Source: an uncultured delta proteobacterium
GTDB lineage: Bacteria; Desulfobacterota; Binatia; Binatales; Binataceae
Length of the DNA: 64,000 bases
Direction: 5' to 3'
NCBI GenBank assembly: GCA_963765675.1
Contig: CAVXXK010000001.1
Coordinates: 1,280,001 to 1,344,000, forward strand
Part shown: positions 19,655-29,298 of the stretch, one piece after another
How the letters are laid out: each line of letters starts with the position of its first letter
Numbering within the stretch: position 1 is the stretch's first letter
Notes under the pieces: generated by a model
The model's input: the letters and a program-made list of their open reading frames with translations, nothing else
Database searches by the model: none
Told to the model about the DNA's origin: nothing
Translations under genes and position numbers: made by a program

Positions 19655-20817
19655 ATGTTGCTGTCGCCAGTGTGGGGCGGTTTCACGCATTTGATTTAGC
19701 GCGGCAGATGGAGCGGCTGGGACATCTCGGGCGACTCTATACCGCCTATCCGCGGTTCAAGGTTGATGGACTGCCTGTCGCGAAAGTCAGTACTTTTCCC
19801 TGGCTCATGGGACCGGCGACTCTTGCAGGACGATTCGGATTTCCGGGACTGCGCGACCGACTGAATGTCGCGGCGATCGATTCCTTTGATCGCTGGATGT
19901 CGCGGCGGCTCGAGCGGTGCGACGTGTTTCATTGCCTCTCTTCGTTTGGACTCGAGAGCCATCGCGCGGCGCGCGCACGCTACGGTGCGCTCACGGTATG
20001 CGATCGAGGCTCGTCACATATCAGGTTCCAGAATGAGATTCTGCGCGAAGAATATGCCCGCTTCGATATCCCGTTCGCCGGTATCGACGCTCGCATCATG
20101 GAGCGCGAACTCGCCGAATATGAATTCTGCGATTTGATCAGCGCCCCATCGACCTTCGCGATGCGATCATTCATCGAGCGGGGCGTCCCGCGCGAGAAGC
20201 TGCGGCTGAATCCGTATGGCGTCGATCTCGCGATGTTTCATCCGATTCTCAAACGCGATTCAGTCTTCCGCGTGTTATTTGTCGGATCGATTTCGATTCG
20301 CAAGGGAGTCGCCTATCTGCTCGAAGCGGTTAAGCGCGCATCGATCCCGATGCTCGACCTGGTGCTGATCGGCAACATGGACGCCGATGCAAAAGAGACA
20401 ATCGATAAATCTGGCGTCGCGCTGCGCCATCTGGGCGTGCTCCCTCGCGCGCAACTCGCCGAGCATTATTCGCAGGCCTCCGTACTGGTGTTGCCGTCGC
20501 TAGAGGAAGGTCTGGCTCTGGTGCAGGCGCAGGCGATGGCGTGTGGAGTTCCGGTGATCGCGACGACTAACACCGGAGCCGAGGATCTGTTCACCGACGG
20601 CGTCGAGGGATTTGTTGTTCCGATTCGCGACCCGGACGCGATCGCCGCGAAGCTGGTTTATCTCTACGAGCATCCCGACGCGCGCGACGCGATGGGCGCC
20701 GCCGCGCTCGCGCGAGTACGCGCCATCGGCGGATGGAACAGCTACGGCGAGAAGATGGCAGCAATGTATCAATCCGCGCTTGCTGGGCGGGTGATCCAGA
20801 GCGGAATCGCGGTATAG
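19651..20817 (+). CDS. Glycosyltransferase family 4
   Basis: LVLPSLEEGLALVQAQAMACGVPVI. Confidence 0.92.
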   Translation: MNVAVASVGRFHAFDLARQMERLGHLGRLYTAYPRFKVDGLPVAKVSTFPWLMGPATLAGRFGFPGLRDRLNVAAIDSFDRWMSRRLERCDVFHCLSSFGLESHRAARARYGALTVCDRGSSHIRFQNEILREEYARFDIPFAGIDARIMERELAEYEFCDLISAPSTFAMRSFIERGVPREKLRLNPYGVDLAMFHPILKRDSVFRVLFVGSISIRKGVAYLLEAVKRASIPMLDLVLIGNMDADAKETIDKSGVALRHLGVLPRAQLAEHYSQASVLVLPSLEEGLALVQAQAMACGVPVIATTNTGAEDLFTDGVEGFVVPIRDPDAIAAKLVYLYEHPDARDAMGAAALARVRAIGGWNSYGEKMAAMYQSALAGRVIQSGIAV

Positions 20818-20835
20818 TAAGTAACGGCTCCTCTG

Positions 20836-21768
20836 ATGCGTGAGCAATTTATCGCAGAGGTCAAGACCCTGATTCGTCCAGTGACCCGGCATAGGTTTCT
20901 GATCGAGCGCGTCAAATATCGGGGTGAGACGATACTCAGTGGCCAGGACGGCAATGATCGAATAGCCGAGATGATTCATCGTCCAGGTGCGGCTGGCAAA
21001 ATTGGCTCAGTGGAGATGAGAGTAGCGCGAGTCTATTTGCGGCGCCGCGATTCCAACGATTTATGCCAAAACTTCGGCCATTATGCATGGTGGGCGCACG
21101 TCGCCGCAGGCATCTATCCGCCCGATCCGCCCACTCTTTCGCGCTTCAGCCGCGAATTCCTGCAAACGCTCGGCGGAATTGATCTGCTTGCGGTCTGGTT
21201 CAACTTCGGCGAGGCGGCCGCTCGCCGGCGCTATGCTCCCCATGCGACGCTATGCGCCCTTTCCGGGCTCGAACCCTATTACCACGAGCGGCCATGGAGC
21301 GCGCAGTTGACGGGTAAACGCGTTGTCGTCGTCAGCCCGTTTGAAAAGACCATCCACACTCAATATCAACGCCGCAAAGAGGTCTGGGCGGCCAAGCCCG
21401 GCATGTTGCCCGAGTTCGATCTTCGCATCGTACGCTGCCCGCAGCCGGCGGGAATTATCGACCAGCCGGAATATCCTGATTGGTTTGCCGGCTTGGCGGC
21501 TCTCAAAGAGCAGCTCGGCGCCCAGCCGTTCGATGTCGCGATCATCGGTGCGGGCGCATGGTCGGTGCCGCTGGCGGTTCATGCGAAGTCGCTCGGCGGT
21601 TTCGGTATTCACATGGGCGGAGCGACGCAGTTGCTATTCGGCATCATGGGCGGCAGGTGGGACTCGAACGCGGAAATCGGAGCGTTCGTGAATGACGCGT
21701 GGACGCGTCCGTCGGACGAGGAGCGCCCGCGAAATTTTCGCCGTCATGAAAACGGTTCTTATTGGTGA
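20836..21768 (+). CDS. Conserved polysaccharide-locus protein, possible GT-D-fold glycosyltransferase
   Basis: LEPYYHERPWSAQLTGKRVVVVSPF; FDVAIIGAGAW; GIHMGGATQLLFGI. Confidence 0.55.
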   Translation: MREQFIAEVKTLIRPVTRHRFLIERVKYRGETILSGQDGNDRIAEMIHRPGAAGKIGSVEMRVARVYLRRRDSNDLCQNFGHYAWWAHVAAGIYPPDPPTLSRFSREFLQTLGGIDLLAVWFNFGEAAARRRYAPHATLCALSGLEPYYHERPWSAQLTGKRVVVVSPFEKTIHTQYQRRKEVWAAKPGMLPEFDLRIVRCPQPAGIIDQPEYPDWFAGLAALKEQLGAQPFDVAIIGAGAWSVPLAVHAKSLGGFGIHMGGATQLLFGIMGGRWDSNAEIGAFVNDAWTRPSDEERPRNFRRHENGSYW

Positions 21769-21800
21769 ATCGTCTCACAGTGAGTACCAGGCGAATATAG

Positions 21801-23651
21801 ATGTGCGGGATCGCGGGGATATTCGCGTACGGCGCCGGAGCATCGCCAGTCGATGAAACCGAATTGGTGAAGATCCGCGAGGCGATGAGCGCGCGCGGCC
21901 CCGACGGCGCCGGAAGCTGGCTCTCTGCCGATCTGCGCGTAGGACTCGCGCATCGCCGGCTCGCACTGGTCGATCTGAGCGACACCGGGGCACAGCCGAT
22001 GGCGAACGCGGACGGCTCGCTCCAGATTGTCTTCAACGGCGAGATTTACAATCACCGCGAGTTGCGCCGGACGCTGGAAGCGCGGGGTTACCAATTCCGA
22101 TCGACCTCCGACACCGAAGTCCTGCTCCATCTTTATGCTGTCCACGGAGCCCGGATGTTCGACCTGCTCGAGGGAATGTACGCCTTGGCGATCTGGGACG
22201 CCGTCAGAAGGCGGCTGGTGCTGGCCCGAGACCCGTTCGGGATGAAACCGCTCTACTATGCCGACGACGGCCGCACCATGCGGGTCGCTTCTCAGGTGAA
22301 GGCGATTCTTCGCGGTGGTGCGGTCTCGTCGAGTCTCGATGCGGCGGGTCAGGTGGGATTTTTCCTTCTCGGCTACGTGCCTGAGCCGTGGACGATCTAC
22401 GACAAAATCAAAGCGCTACCCGCCGGCCACTGCTTGACGATAGAGGAGGGCGGCGCTCATCAACTGGCGCAGTTTTGCGATATCCGCCGCGAGCTGGCTG
22501 AGATCGGCCGCAATCCGCGACCGGACGATGGGAACAGGGCCGCGGTGCGTATCAAAGACGCGCTGGCGCACAGCGTCAATCAGCATTTGGTTGCGGACGT
22601 ACCGGTCGGAATTTTCCTGTCAGCCGGACTCGACTCGAGTAGTATCGCCGCGCTCTCGGCGAAAGCCGGTCTCACCCGGATAGATTCGATTACTCTCGGG
22701 TTCAAGGAATATGTAGGCAATCCTGCAGACGAAACCGTCGAAGCAGCCGATATCGCCGCGGCGTGCGGCCTGAACCATCACACGCGCTGGGTCTCGAAGG
22801 ACGATTTCGAAGCCGGCAGTGGCAGGCTGTTCGACGCCATGGATCAGCCAAGCATCGACGGCGTCAACACCTATTTCGTGAGCCTCGTCGCGCGAGCGCT
22901 AGGGTTCAAGGCCGCGCTATCAGGTCTCGGCGGTGACGAGATGCTCGGGGGGTACCCGAGCTATAGACAGGTGCCGCGTCTGGTGAGCTGGGGCCGCCTG
23001 ATTCCCGGGAGGTCGATCGGCGCCGGCGTGCGGCGAATCTCAGCGCCGATCGTGGCGCGGCTCTCGTCGCCAAAGTACGCGTCGATTTTGGAGTACAGCC
23101 GCACCTTCGGCGCCGCATATCTCATGCGGCGAGCGCTCCTGATGCCGTGGGAGATCGAATCGGTATTGGATCCGGACGTGGTGAAGCAGGGATTCTCGGA
23201 GTTCGATCCGGTCGAATTGATGGACCGGAGCATATCGGGCATCGAAGGTGATTATCTTAAGATCGCCGCGCTCGAGATGACATGGTACATGCGCAATCAG
23301 TTGTTGCGTGACGCCGATTGGGCGGGGATGGCGCACTCGATCGAAATCCGGATGCCGATGGTCGACCTGGCGCTGCTGCGGGAGGTTATGCCCGCGGTTG
23401 CGGCGCATCCGGAAATGCGAAAACCCGGCTTCCTGTCGGCCGTGTTGCGCGGATCGATTCGCGAAGAATTGCTTGCGCGCCCGAAGACCGGCTTCACCGT
23501 TCCGGTCAGGGAGTGGCTGCTCCAAAAAAGCGGAGTCCGCTGCGGTCGCGGCCTGCGCGGCTGGGCGTCGCTCATCGCCGGAGGTTTCGGGTTCGCGGTC
23601 AAGCGAAATGCCGGCGCGCAGGCCGAGCTCAATGCGGATTCTTTACACTGA
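21801..23651 (+). CDS. asnB: Asparagine synthase (glutamine-hydrolysing)-family amidotransferase
   Basis: MCGIAG, RGPD, HRRLALVDLS, FNGEIYN, LSAGLDSS, LSGLGGDE. Confidence 0.92.
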   Translation: MCGIAGIFAYGAGASPVDETELVKIREAMSARGPDGAGSWLSADLRVGLAHRRLALVDLSDTGAQPMANADGSLQIVFNGEIYNHRELRRTLEARGYQFRSTSDTEVLLHLYAVHGARMFDLLEGMYALAIWDAVRRRLVLARDPFGMKPLYYADDGRTMRVASQVKAILRGGAVSSSLDAAGQVGFFLLGYVPEPWTIYDKIKALPAGHCLTIEEGGAHQLAQFCDIRRELAEIGRNPRPDDGNRAAVRIKDALAHSVNQHLVADVPVGIFLSAGLDSSSIAALSAKAGLTRIDSITLGFKEYVGNPADETVEAADIAAACGLNHHTRWVSKDDFEAGSGRLFDAMDQPSIDGVNTYFVSLVARALGFKAALSGLGGDEMLGGYPSYRQVPRLVSWGRLIPGRSIGAGVRRISAPIVARLSSPKYASILEYSRTFGAAYLMRRALLMPWEIESVLDPDVVKQGFSEFDPVELMDRSISGIEGDYLKIAALEMTWYMRNQLLRDADWAGMAHSIEIRMPMVDLALLREVMPAVAAHPEMRKPGFLSAVLRGSIREELLARPKTGFTVPVREWLLQKSGVRCGRGLRGWASLIAGGFGFAVKRNAGAQAELNADSLH

Positions 23652-24702
23652 GACGAGTGCCTACGCTCCGTCCAGCGCGCACTTTCTCGAAGCACTCGAG
23701 GCGATGGCGGCGCGCGGCGAGTGCGAGTTCACATTTTTCGATGAAGCCAGATATCTCCGTCCGCAGCGATCGATCACGGCACGAATCGCGCAGCGCGTCG
23801 TCGGCCGCCCTGCCGGTTATCGCGCGGTTAACGCAGCTCTTGTCGCCGAGGCACGGCGCACTGCACCGGACATCGTGCTGGTCGGCAAAGGAGCTTATTT
23901 CTCCCCCGCGACTCTACGCCGGGTGCGCGAGGTCACCGGCGCGGTGATGGTAAACTGGGCATCGGACGATCCGTTTAATCGCGCGAACAGCACTGCCGAT
24001 CTGGTCGGGTCGATTCCGCTTTTCGATCTCTACGTATGCACCAAGCGCGCAGTGATGGACGATGTGGTGCGGGCCGGATGCGCGCGCGCGATCTACGTGA
24101 GATTCGGCTACAAGCCCAATCTCCACTTCCCGGAGCCTCCCGCGACCACGCAGGAGCATCGTCGCTTCGACTGCGACGTGATATTCATCGGCGGCGGCGA
24201 TGCGGATCGCGTTCCATACTTTGAGACTCTCGTCCGCGAGCTTCCCGAGTTGAACCTTAACCTCTACGGCGGATATTGGGATCGCTATCGCGCGCTAAGG
24301 CGCTACTGGCGTGGCAATGTGATAGGACGCGATTTTCGCCTCGCGGTCGGAGGCGCGAAGATTTGCGTGAACCTGGTCAGGCGCGCGAATCGCGACGACA
24401 CGGTGATGCGCACCTTCGAGCTTCCCGCCTGCGGCGGGTTTATGCTCGCCGAGCGAACCGCCGCGCACCAGGAATTGTTCGCGGAAGATCTCGAGGCCGT
24501 GTTCTTCGGCACTCCCGACGAACTGGTGGCAAAGGTTCGCCAATGGCTGATCCGCGACGACGATCGTCACACAATCGCGGTGGCGGGTTACCGCAAAATA
24601 TCCGGAGGCCGGAACACCTACGCCGACCGCATGAACGAAATTCTGGCTGCAGTCGCGGAGCTGCGCCCGACCCGAGAACTCAGGGAGGCCGGCCTCAAGT
24701 GA
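23632..24702 (+). CDS. CgeB-like glycosyltransferase
   Basis: MRTFELPACGGFMLAERT; start MRILYTE overlaps the end of asnB. Confidence 0.85.
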   Translation: MRILYTETSAYAPSSAHFLEALEAMAARGECEFTFFDEARYLRPQRSITARIAQRVVGRPAGYRAVNAALVAEARRTAPDIVLVGKGAYFSPATLRRVREVTGAVMVNWASDDPFNRANSTADLVGSIPLFDLYVCTKRAVMDDVVRAGCARAIYVRFGYKPNLHFPEPPATTQEHRRFDCDVIFIGGGDADRVPYFETLVRELPELNLNLYGGYWDRYRALRRYWRGNVIGRDFRLAVGGAKICVNLVRRANRDDTVMRTFELPACGGFMLAERTAAHQELFAEDLEAVFFGTPDELVAKVRQWLIRDDDRHTIAVAGYRKISGGRNTYADRMNEILAAVAELRPTRELREAGLK

Positions 24703-24707
24703 GTAAC

Positions 24708-26243
24708 ATGCAACACGCGACTGGCTATCCAGCGAAATCAGATGATTCGAATGTGATCGCGGAAAATATCTACGAGCTGGTAGCAACTCGCGAGCGCGCA
24801 AGATTTACGATGCTTCGTCAACTCGCCGCGGGTATCGTATTCGCATTTATTATTTGCGCGCTTAATTATATTGCGCCTCCGCATACCACGGCGGTCGAAA
24901 GAGTCTATGGATCGTTGATGTTAGGGTTGATTGCCGTTCCGTTCTGGCTATGGCGGCTTGGCATCGATCCCAATCCCCCGTTTATCGTTCTTATCAGCTT
25001 GTTGTACTTCTACACTTACGGCTTTGGCGTCTTTCTTCTCAGATCATTCGCCGGCAATCCGTACCAGCCAGACGTGTCTCATCGCTGGATTGAAGTCGCT
25101 ATGAAGCTTGCGCTGGCCGGGATGGTCTTGATGCTGGCGGGTTACTATGCGTGGCCCTGGATGCCGATGCGCTCCATGGTCCCACGCTTCCGCATGCGCT
25201 GGAAAGATGCGCGCGCGGTTCGGCTGGCGGGATTCGTGATGGCGATTTTCGGTCTGCTGTTCTCCGCCAGCCATATACCGGGATTGCCAAAATCTCTGGC
25301 GCAAGTAACGGGCTATGCACAGGATAGCTTCACGGTCGGCATCTGCATCCTGATTGGTCTGTGGTGGATTGGAAGGCTCAGCCGGCTCTCCGCGTGGTTG
25401 CTGGTTCTCGTGCTGGTGCCGATGCGGCTCGGAATCGGCCTGGTGGGCGGAGCATCTGGCGGTTCGATAGTTATAGCCATGACGCTGGTACTGATGTACG
25501 CCGCGCTGTCTCATCGCATTCCCTGGATCCTGGTATTCGCGGGAACTGCGGCGTTGTTCATCGTCCGCCCCCTGGAACTGCCTTATCGCACTGCGACCTG
25601 GTCTCCTCGGGGAGAACTATATAACGCCTCTGATCTGCAAAAAGCTGAATATTTGTACGGCCTCATTTATCGGACAATTGTCGGGGGCGAGGTTCCGCCA
25701 GACACGCTGATCCAGGCGGCGGGAGCGCGGCTGTCAGATTTTCCGATGCTGGCGGACGTGATGTCCTTAACGCCTTCGGTGGTTCCGTACTGGGGTGGAG
25801 AAACATACTATTCGCTTCTCTTCAAGCCCATCCCACGAATAGTATGGCCTGACAAGCCCGAAGAAGTGACCGGGCGCACCTTCGGTCAACGCTATGGTTA
25901 CACGAGTCTCGCGAACCCGGGCACGTCGATAAATTTTGCGCAATTGATAGAGCAGTACGCCAACTTCGGAGTATTCGGCGTGATCATCGGAATGTTCGTA
26001 GTCGGAATGATCTATCGCGCACTACTCAGTATGTTCGTTGGTCCGGAGATGGGCCTCGGCGCGCTTGTGGCCGCGGTATTTATTGTCAGTTCGCTGTTTG
26101 ATCTCGAGACTGGCACCGGCTTGGTGTTCGGGGGAATTCCGTGGACCCTGATCTACCTTTTTTTGGTGGACCGGTTCGTGCTGCTGCTCCATTTCGAGTT
26201 ATCCGGAGTTGATCAACGGATTCCTGTGGCCGCGGCGCAATAG
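24708..26243 (+). CDS. Wzy-like polysaccharide polymerase
   Basis: About 11 TM segments; IPRIVWPDKP; EQYANFGVFG; lower GC. Confidence 0.75.
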   Translation: MQHATGYPAKSDDSNVIAENIYELVATRERARFTMLRQLAAGIVFAFIICALNYIAPPHTTAVERVYGSLMLGLIAVPFWLWRLGIDPNPPFIVLISLLYFYTYGFGVFLLRSFAGNPYQPDVSHRWIEVAMKLALAGMVLMLAGYYAWPWMPMRSMVPRFRMRWKDARAVRLAGFVMAIFGLLFSASHIPGLPKSLAQVTGYAQDSFTVGICILIGLWWIGRLSRLSAWLLVLVLVPMRLGIGLVGGASGGSIVIAMTLVLMYAALSHRIPWILVFAGTAALFIVRPLELPYRTATWSPRGELYNASDLQKAEYLYGLIYRTIVGGEVPPDTLIQAAGARLSDFPMLADVMSLTPSVVPYWGGETYYSLLFKPIPRIVWPDKPEEVTGRTFGQRYGYTSLANPGTSINFAQLIEQYANFGVFGVIIGMFVVGMIYRALLSMFVGPEMGLGALVAAVFIVSSLFDLETGTGLVFGGIPWTLIYLFLVDRFVLLLHFELSGVDQRIPVAAAQ

Positions 26244-26260
26244 CTGCTGCGCGACGCATC

Positions 26261-27472
26261 ATGAAAAAGATCGGAGATCTTCGCGCGCGGCGGAACGCTC
26301 TGCGTGTGCTGCAGGTGACGCCTTATTATGCGCCCGCGTGGGGATATGGCGGCGTGGTCGAGGCGGTCTTCCAACTGACGCGTTATCTCGCACGCGCCGG
26401 AGCCGACGTGCGGGTGCTTACTACCGACGCCAACGGGGAGCATCAGCGCCTGACTCGAGAGGCTCGCGAGGCGCACACGAGCGGTACTGCTATCGAGACT
26501 ATTTACTGTCCCAGGCGCGCGGCAGACTCTAGCGCTCCATCGATGCTCGCGCGGCTGCCCGCATTGATCCGCTGGGCCGATCTCGTGCATCTGCATGCGG
26601 TTTATTCGTTCCCAACTATTCCGACGCTCGCGTATGCGAGGGTTCTTGGCCGACCGGTCATATGGACTCCGCGCGGTGCGCTGCAACGATGGTCGGGATC
26701 GCGGCGCGTCGGGTTAAAGTCGATGTGGGAGAAAATCTGCGGCGCGATCGCGCCGTCCCGGATGGCGTTGCATTTGACCTCGGACCAGGAGGCGTCCGAA
26801 AGCTTGGATCGTTTTCCGGCCGTCGCCCGGATAGTCGTTCCCAATGGGGTTGAGATTCCGAAGCGGGTCGAGCGCACGGAATCAGTGGGCAAGCTCCGCA
26901 TCGGGTTTATCGGCCGGATCGACCCGAAGAAGGGGATTGAGAACCTGCTCGACGCCTGCGCGATGCTCGCAGCGCGCGGCACGCCGGAGTTCTCGCTCGC
27001 GATCGCGGGAAACGGCACGCGCGAGTATCAAGAACGGATCGCGGCGCGTGTCGCCGCGTGTGCCGGCATCGCAATGTCTGGAGAGGTCCGCGCTGAAGAG
27101 AAGGAGCGATGGTTTGCAAACCAGGACGTCGTGGTGGTTCCCTCCTACACCGAAAATTTCGCAAACGTGATCGCCGAGGCTCTTGCTCGTGCGGTGCCGG
27201 TGATCGCCAGTCGCGGAACGCCATGGGCCGGCCTTGAAACACAAGGCTGCGGGCTTTGGGTCGACAACGATCCGGCGAACCTCGCGGCCGCAATCGAACG
27301 GATCTCGGCGATGCCACTGGCCGAGATGGGCGCTCGTGGCCGGGCTTGGATGATCGACAGATATTCCTGGGAGCGATGCGCGCGTGACATGATGCTCTGC
27401 TACCAGAAATTGGTCCGCACGCCGGGGGTCGCGGATTCTCCCGCCGCGGACCACGCGCGCGGCGCGGTCTGA
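26261..27472 (+). CDS. Glycosyltransferase family 4
   Basis: FIGRIDPKKG; PSYTENFANVIAEALARAVPVIAS. Confidence 0.92.
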   Translation: MKKIGDLRARRNALRVLQVTPYYAPAWGYGGVVEAVFQLTRYLARAGADVRVLTTDANGEHQRLTREAREAHTSGTAIETIYCPRRAADSSAPSMLARLPALIRWADLVHLHAVYSFPTIPTLAYARVLGRPVIWTPRGALQRWSGSRRVGLKSMWEKICGAIAPSRMALHLTSDQEASESLDRFPAVARIVVPNGVEIPKRVERTESVGKLRIGFIGRIDPKKGIENLLDACAMLAARGTPEFSLAIAGNGTREYQERIAARVAACAGIAMSGEVRAEEKERWFANQDVVVVPSYTENFANVIAEALARAVPVIASRGTPWAGLETQGCGLWVDNDPANLAAAIERISAMPLAEMGARGRAWMIDRYSWERCARDMMLCYQKLVRTPGVADSPAADHARGAV

Positions 27473-27501
27473 CTGAGTTAGTAATCGCCTTTCTCATTTT
27501 C

Positions 27502-29253
27502 ATGTTGATTATCGGACTGAACGCCTACCACGGCGACGCGAGCGCGGCGGCGATCGTTGATGGCCGGCTGGTAGCAGCGGCGGAAGAAGAGCGCTTCACC
27601 CGCATAAAACACGAGGCGAGATTTCCCGCCCACGCGCTGCGCTACGTGCTGGAGGCTGCAGGCGCGTCACCCCGCGAGATCGACGTGATCGCGGTCGCGC
27701 GTGACCCGTGGGCGCGGATCGTACGCAAGGCAATGTATGCGCTGCGGATGCCGGCGCGTGCCGCGGGACGACTGGGCGTGCAGGGGCGATTCGCCGCGAT
27801 CGGCGCCGAGGTCGCGCGCGCTCTCGGCACTGCGGACGCGAAGTTCGAGGTACGCCGCGTCGAGCATCACCTGGCGCATCTCGCGAGCTCGTTTCTGGTT
27901 TCGCCGTTTGACGAAGCCGCGTTGTTCTCGATCGACGGACTCGGCGATTTCGCCTCCGCGATGTGGGGCGTCGGGCGCGGCGGACGAATCGAGCCATGGG
28001 GCGCGGTCGCGTTTCCGCACTCGCTCGGCATCTACTACACCGCGCTCACGCAGTATCTGGGCTTCCCGCGCTACGGCGACGAGTACAAGGTGATGGGACT
28101 TGCGTCGTATGGCGAGCCCGAGATGCTTGAGGAGTTTCGGCGCATCGTGATCACACCGAGCGGCGGCAAGATGGGTTTCGCGCTGAATCGCGATTATTTT
28201 CTGCATCATCGCGCTACCGCCGATATGACCTGGGCTGGCGGTGAACCCGCGATAGGACGCCTGTACTCGGACCAGCTCGTGGAGCGGTTGGGCGCCGCGC
28301 GTGACGCGGCCGAGTCGCTCGACAACCGCCATCACGCGATCGCCGCCTCGATGCAGCGGCGGCTCGAAGAAGTCGTGCTCGACAACCTGCGGGAACTGCG
28401 GCGGGCGACCGGAATGCGCAAGCTCTGCCTGGCAGGTGGAGTTGCCTACAACTGCGTCACCAACGGCAAGATCCTCGAAACCACCGGCTTCGACCAGATC
28501 TATATCCAATCAGCCGCCGGCGACGCGGGCCTTGCGATCGGCGCCGCGATGCAGGCGTGGCATCAAAGCGGCGCGCGCCCGCGCGACTTCGTGATGGAGC
28601 ACGCGCACTGGGGCGCGCAGTACAGCGACGGCGAAGTTGCAGTAGTGCTCGAGCGCTCGGGCGGTGAAATCGCGCGGCAGCGATGCGTGGTGCGCAAGAT
28701 TGACAATCAGCCTGAGTTGCTCTGCCTGGTTGCGAACGCGATAGCGCAGGGCAAGGTCATCGGATGGTTTCAGGGTCGCATGGAATGGGGACCGCGTGCG
28801 CTCGGCAATCGCAGTATCCTGGCCGACCCGCGCCGCGCCGAGATGCGCGAGATCCTCAACACCAAAATTAAGCGGCGCGAGGCTTTTCGACCCTTCGCGC
28901 CCTCAATTCTCGAGAAAAAAGCCGGAGAATATTTCACTCAGTCGCATCCCTCGCCGTTTATGCTGATGGCTTATTCGGTGCGCCCAGAGAAGCGCGGAGT
29001 CATTCCGGCGACCACGCATATCGACGGCAGTGGCCGCCTCCAGACCGTCTCCGAGGGCCAAAACCCGCTTTATTATCAGCTAATTAGCGCATTCGAGCGC
29101 CAGACCGGTGTGCCGGTGCTGCTCAATACCTCCTTCAACGAAAATGAACCGGTAGTGCAAAGGCCTGAAGAAGCGTTAGACTGCTTTCTGCGAACGCGAA
29201 TGGACTTCCTCGCGATGGGATCGTACGTAATTACACGTGACACGCAAATTTGA
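27502..29253 (+). CDS. Carbamoyltransferase, NodU/CmcH family
   Basis: EEERFTRIKH, EHHLAH, EYKVMGLASYG, GPRALGNRSIL, RPFAPS, LNTSFN. Confidence 0.93.
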   Translation: MLIIGLNAYHGDASAAAIVDGRLVAAAEEERFTRIKHEARFPAHALRYVLEAAGASPREIDVIAVARDPWARIVRKAMYALRMPARAAGRLGVQGRFAAIGAEVARALGTADAKFEVRRVEHHLAHLASSFLVSPFDEAALFSIDGLGDFASAMWGVGRGGRIEPWGAVAFPHSLGIYYTALTQYLGFPRYGDEYKVMGLASYGEPEMLEEFRRIVITPSGGKMGFALNRDYFLHHRATADMTWAGGEPAIGRLYSDQLVERLGAARDAAESLDNRHHAIAASMQRRLEEVVLDNLRELRRATGMRKLCLAGGVAYNCVTNGKILETTGFDQIYIQSAAGDAGLAIGAAMQAWHQSGARPRDFVMEHAHWGAQYSDGEVAVVLERSGGEIARQRCVVRKIDNQPELLCLVANAIAQGKVIGWFQGRMEWGPRALGNRSILADPRRAEMREILNTKIKRREAFRPFAPSILEKKAGEYFTQSHPSPFMLMAYSVRPEKRGVIPATTHIDGSGRLQTVSEGQNPLYYQLISAFERQTGVPVLLNTSFNENEPVVQRPEEALDCFLRTRMDFLAMGSYVITRDTQI

Positions 29254-29298
29254 CACTCGTAAACATCAATGAAATAATCCTCGCACTTAGAGGAGTAT

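Noticed and set aside
23308-24707. Extended starts of ORFs 23308 and 24276 (likewise 15616, 54349, 62728)
   Set aside because: They overlap upstream genes out of frame; coupled starts downstream fit better
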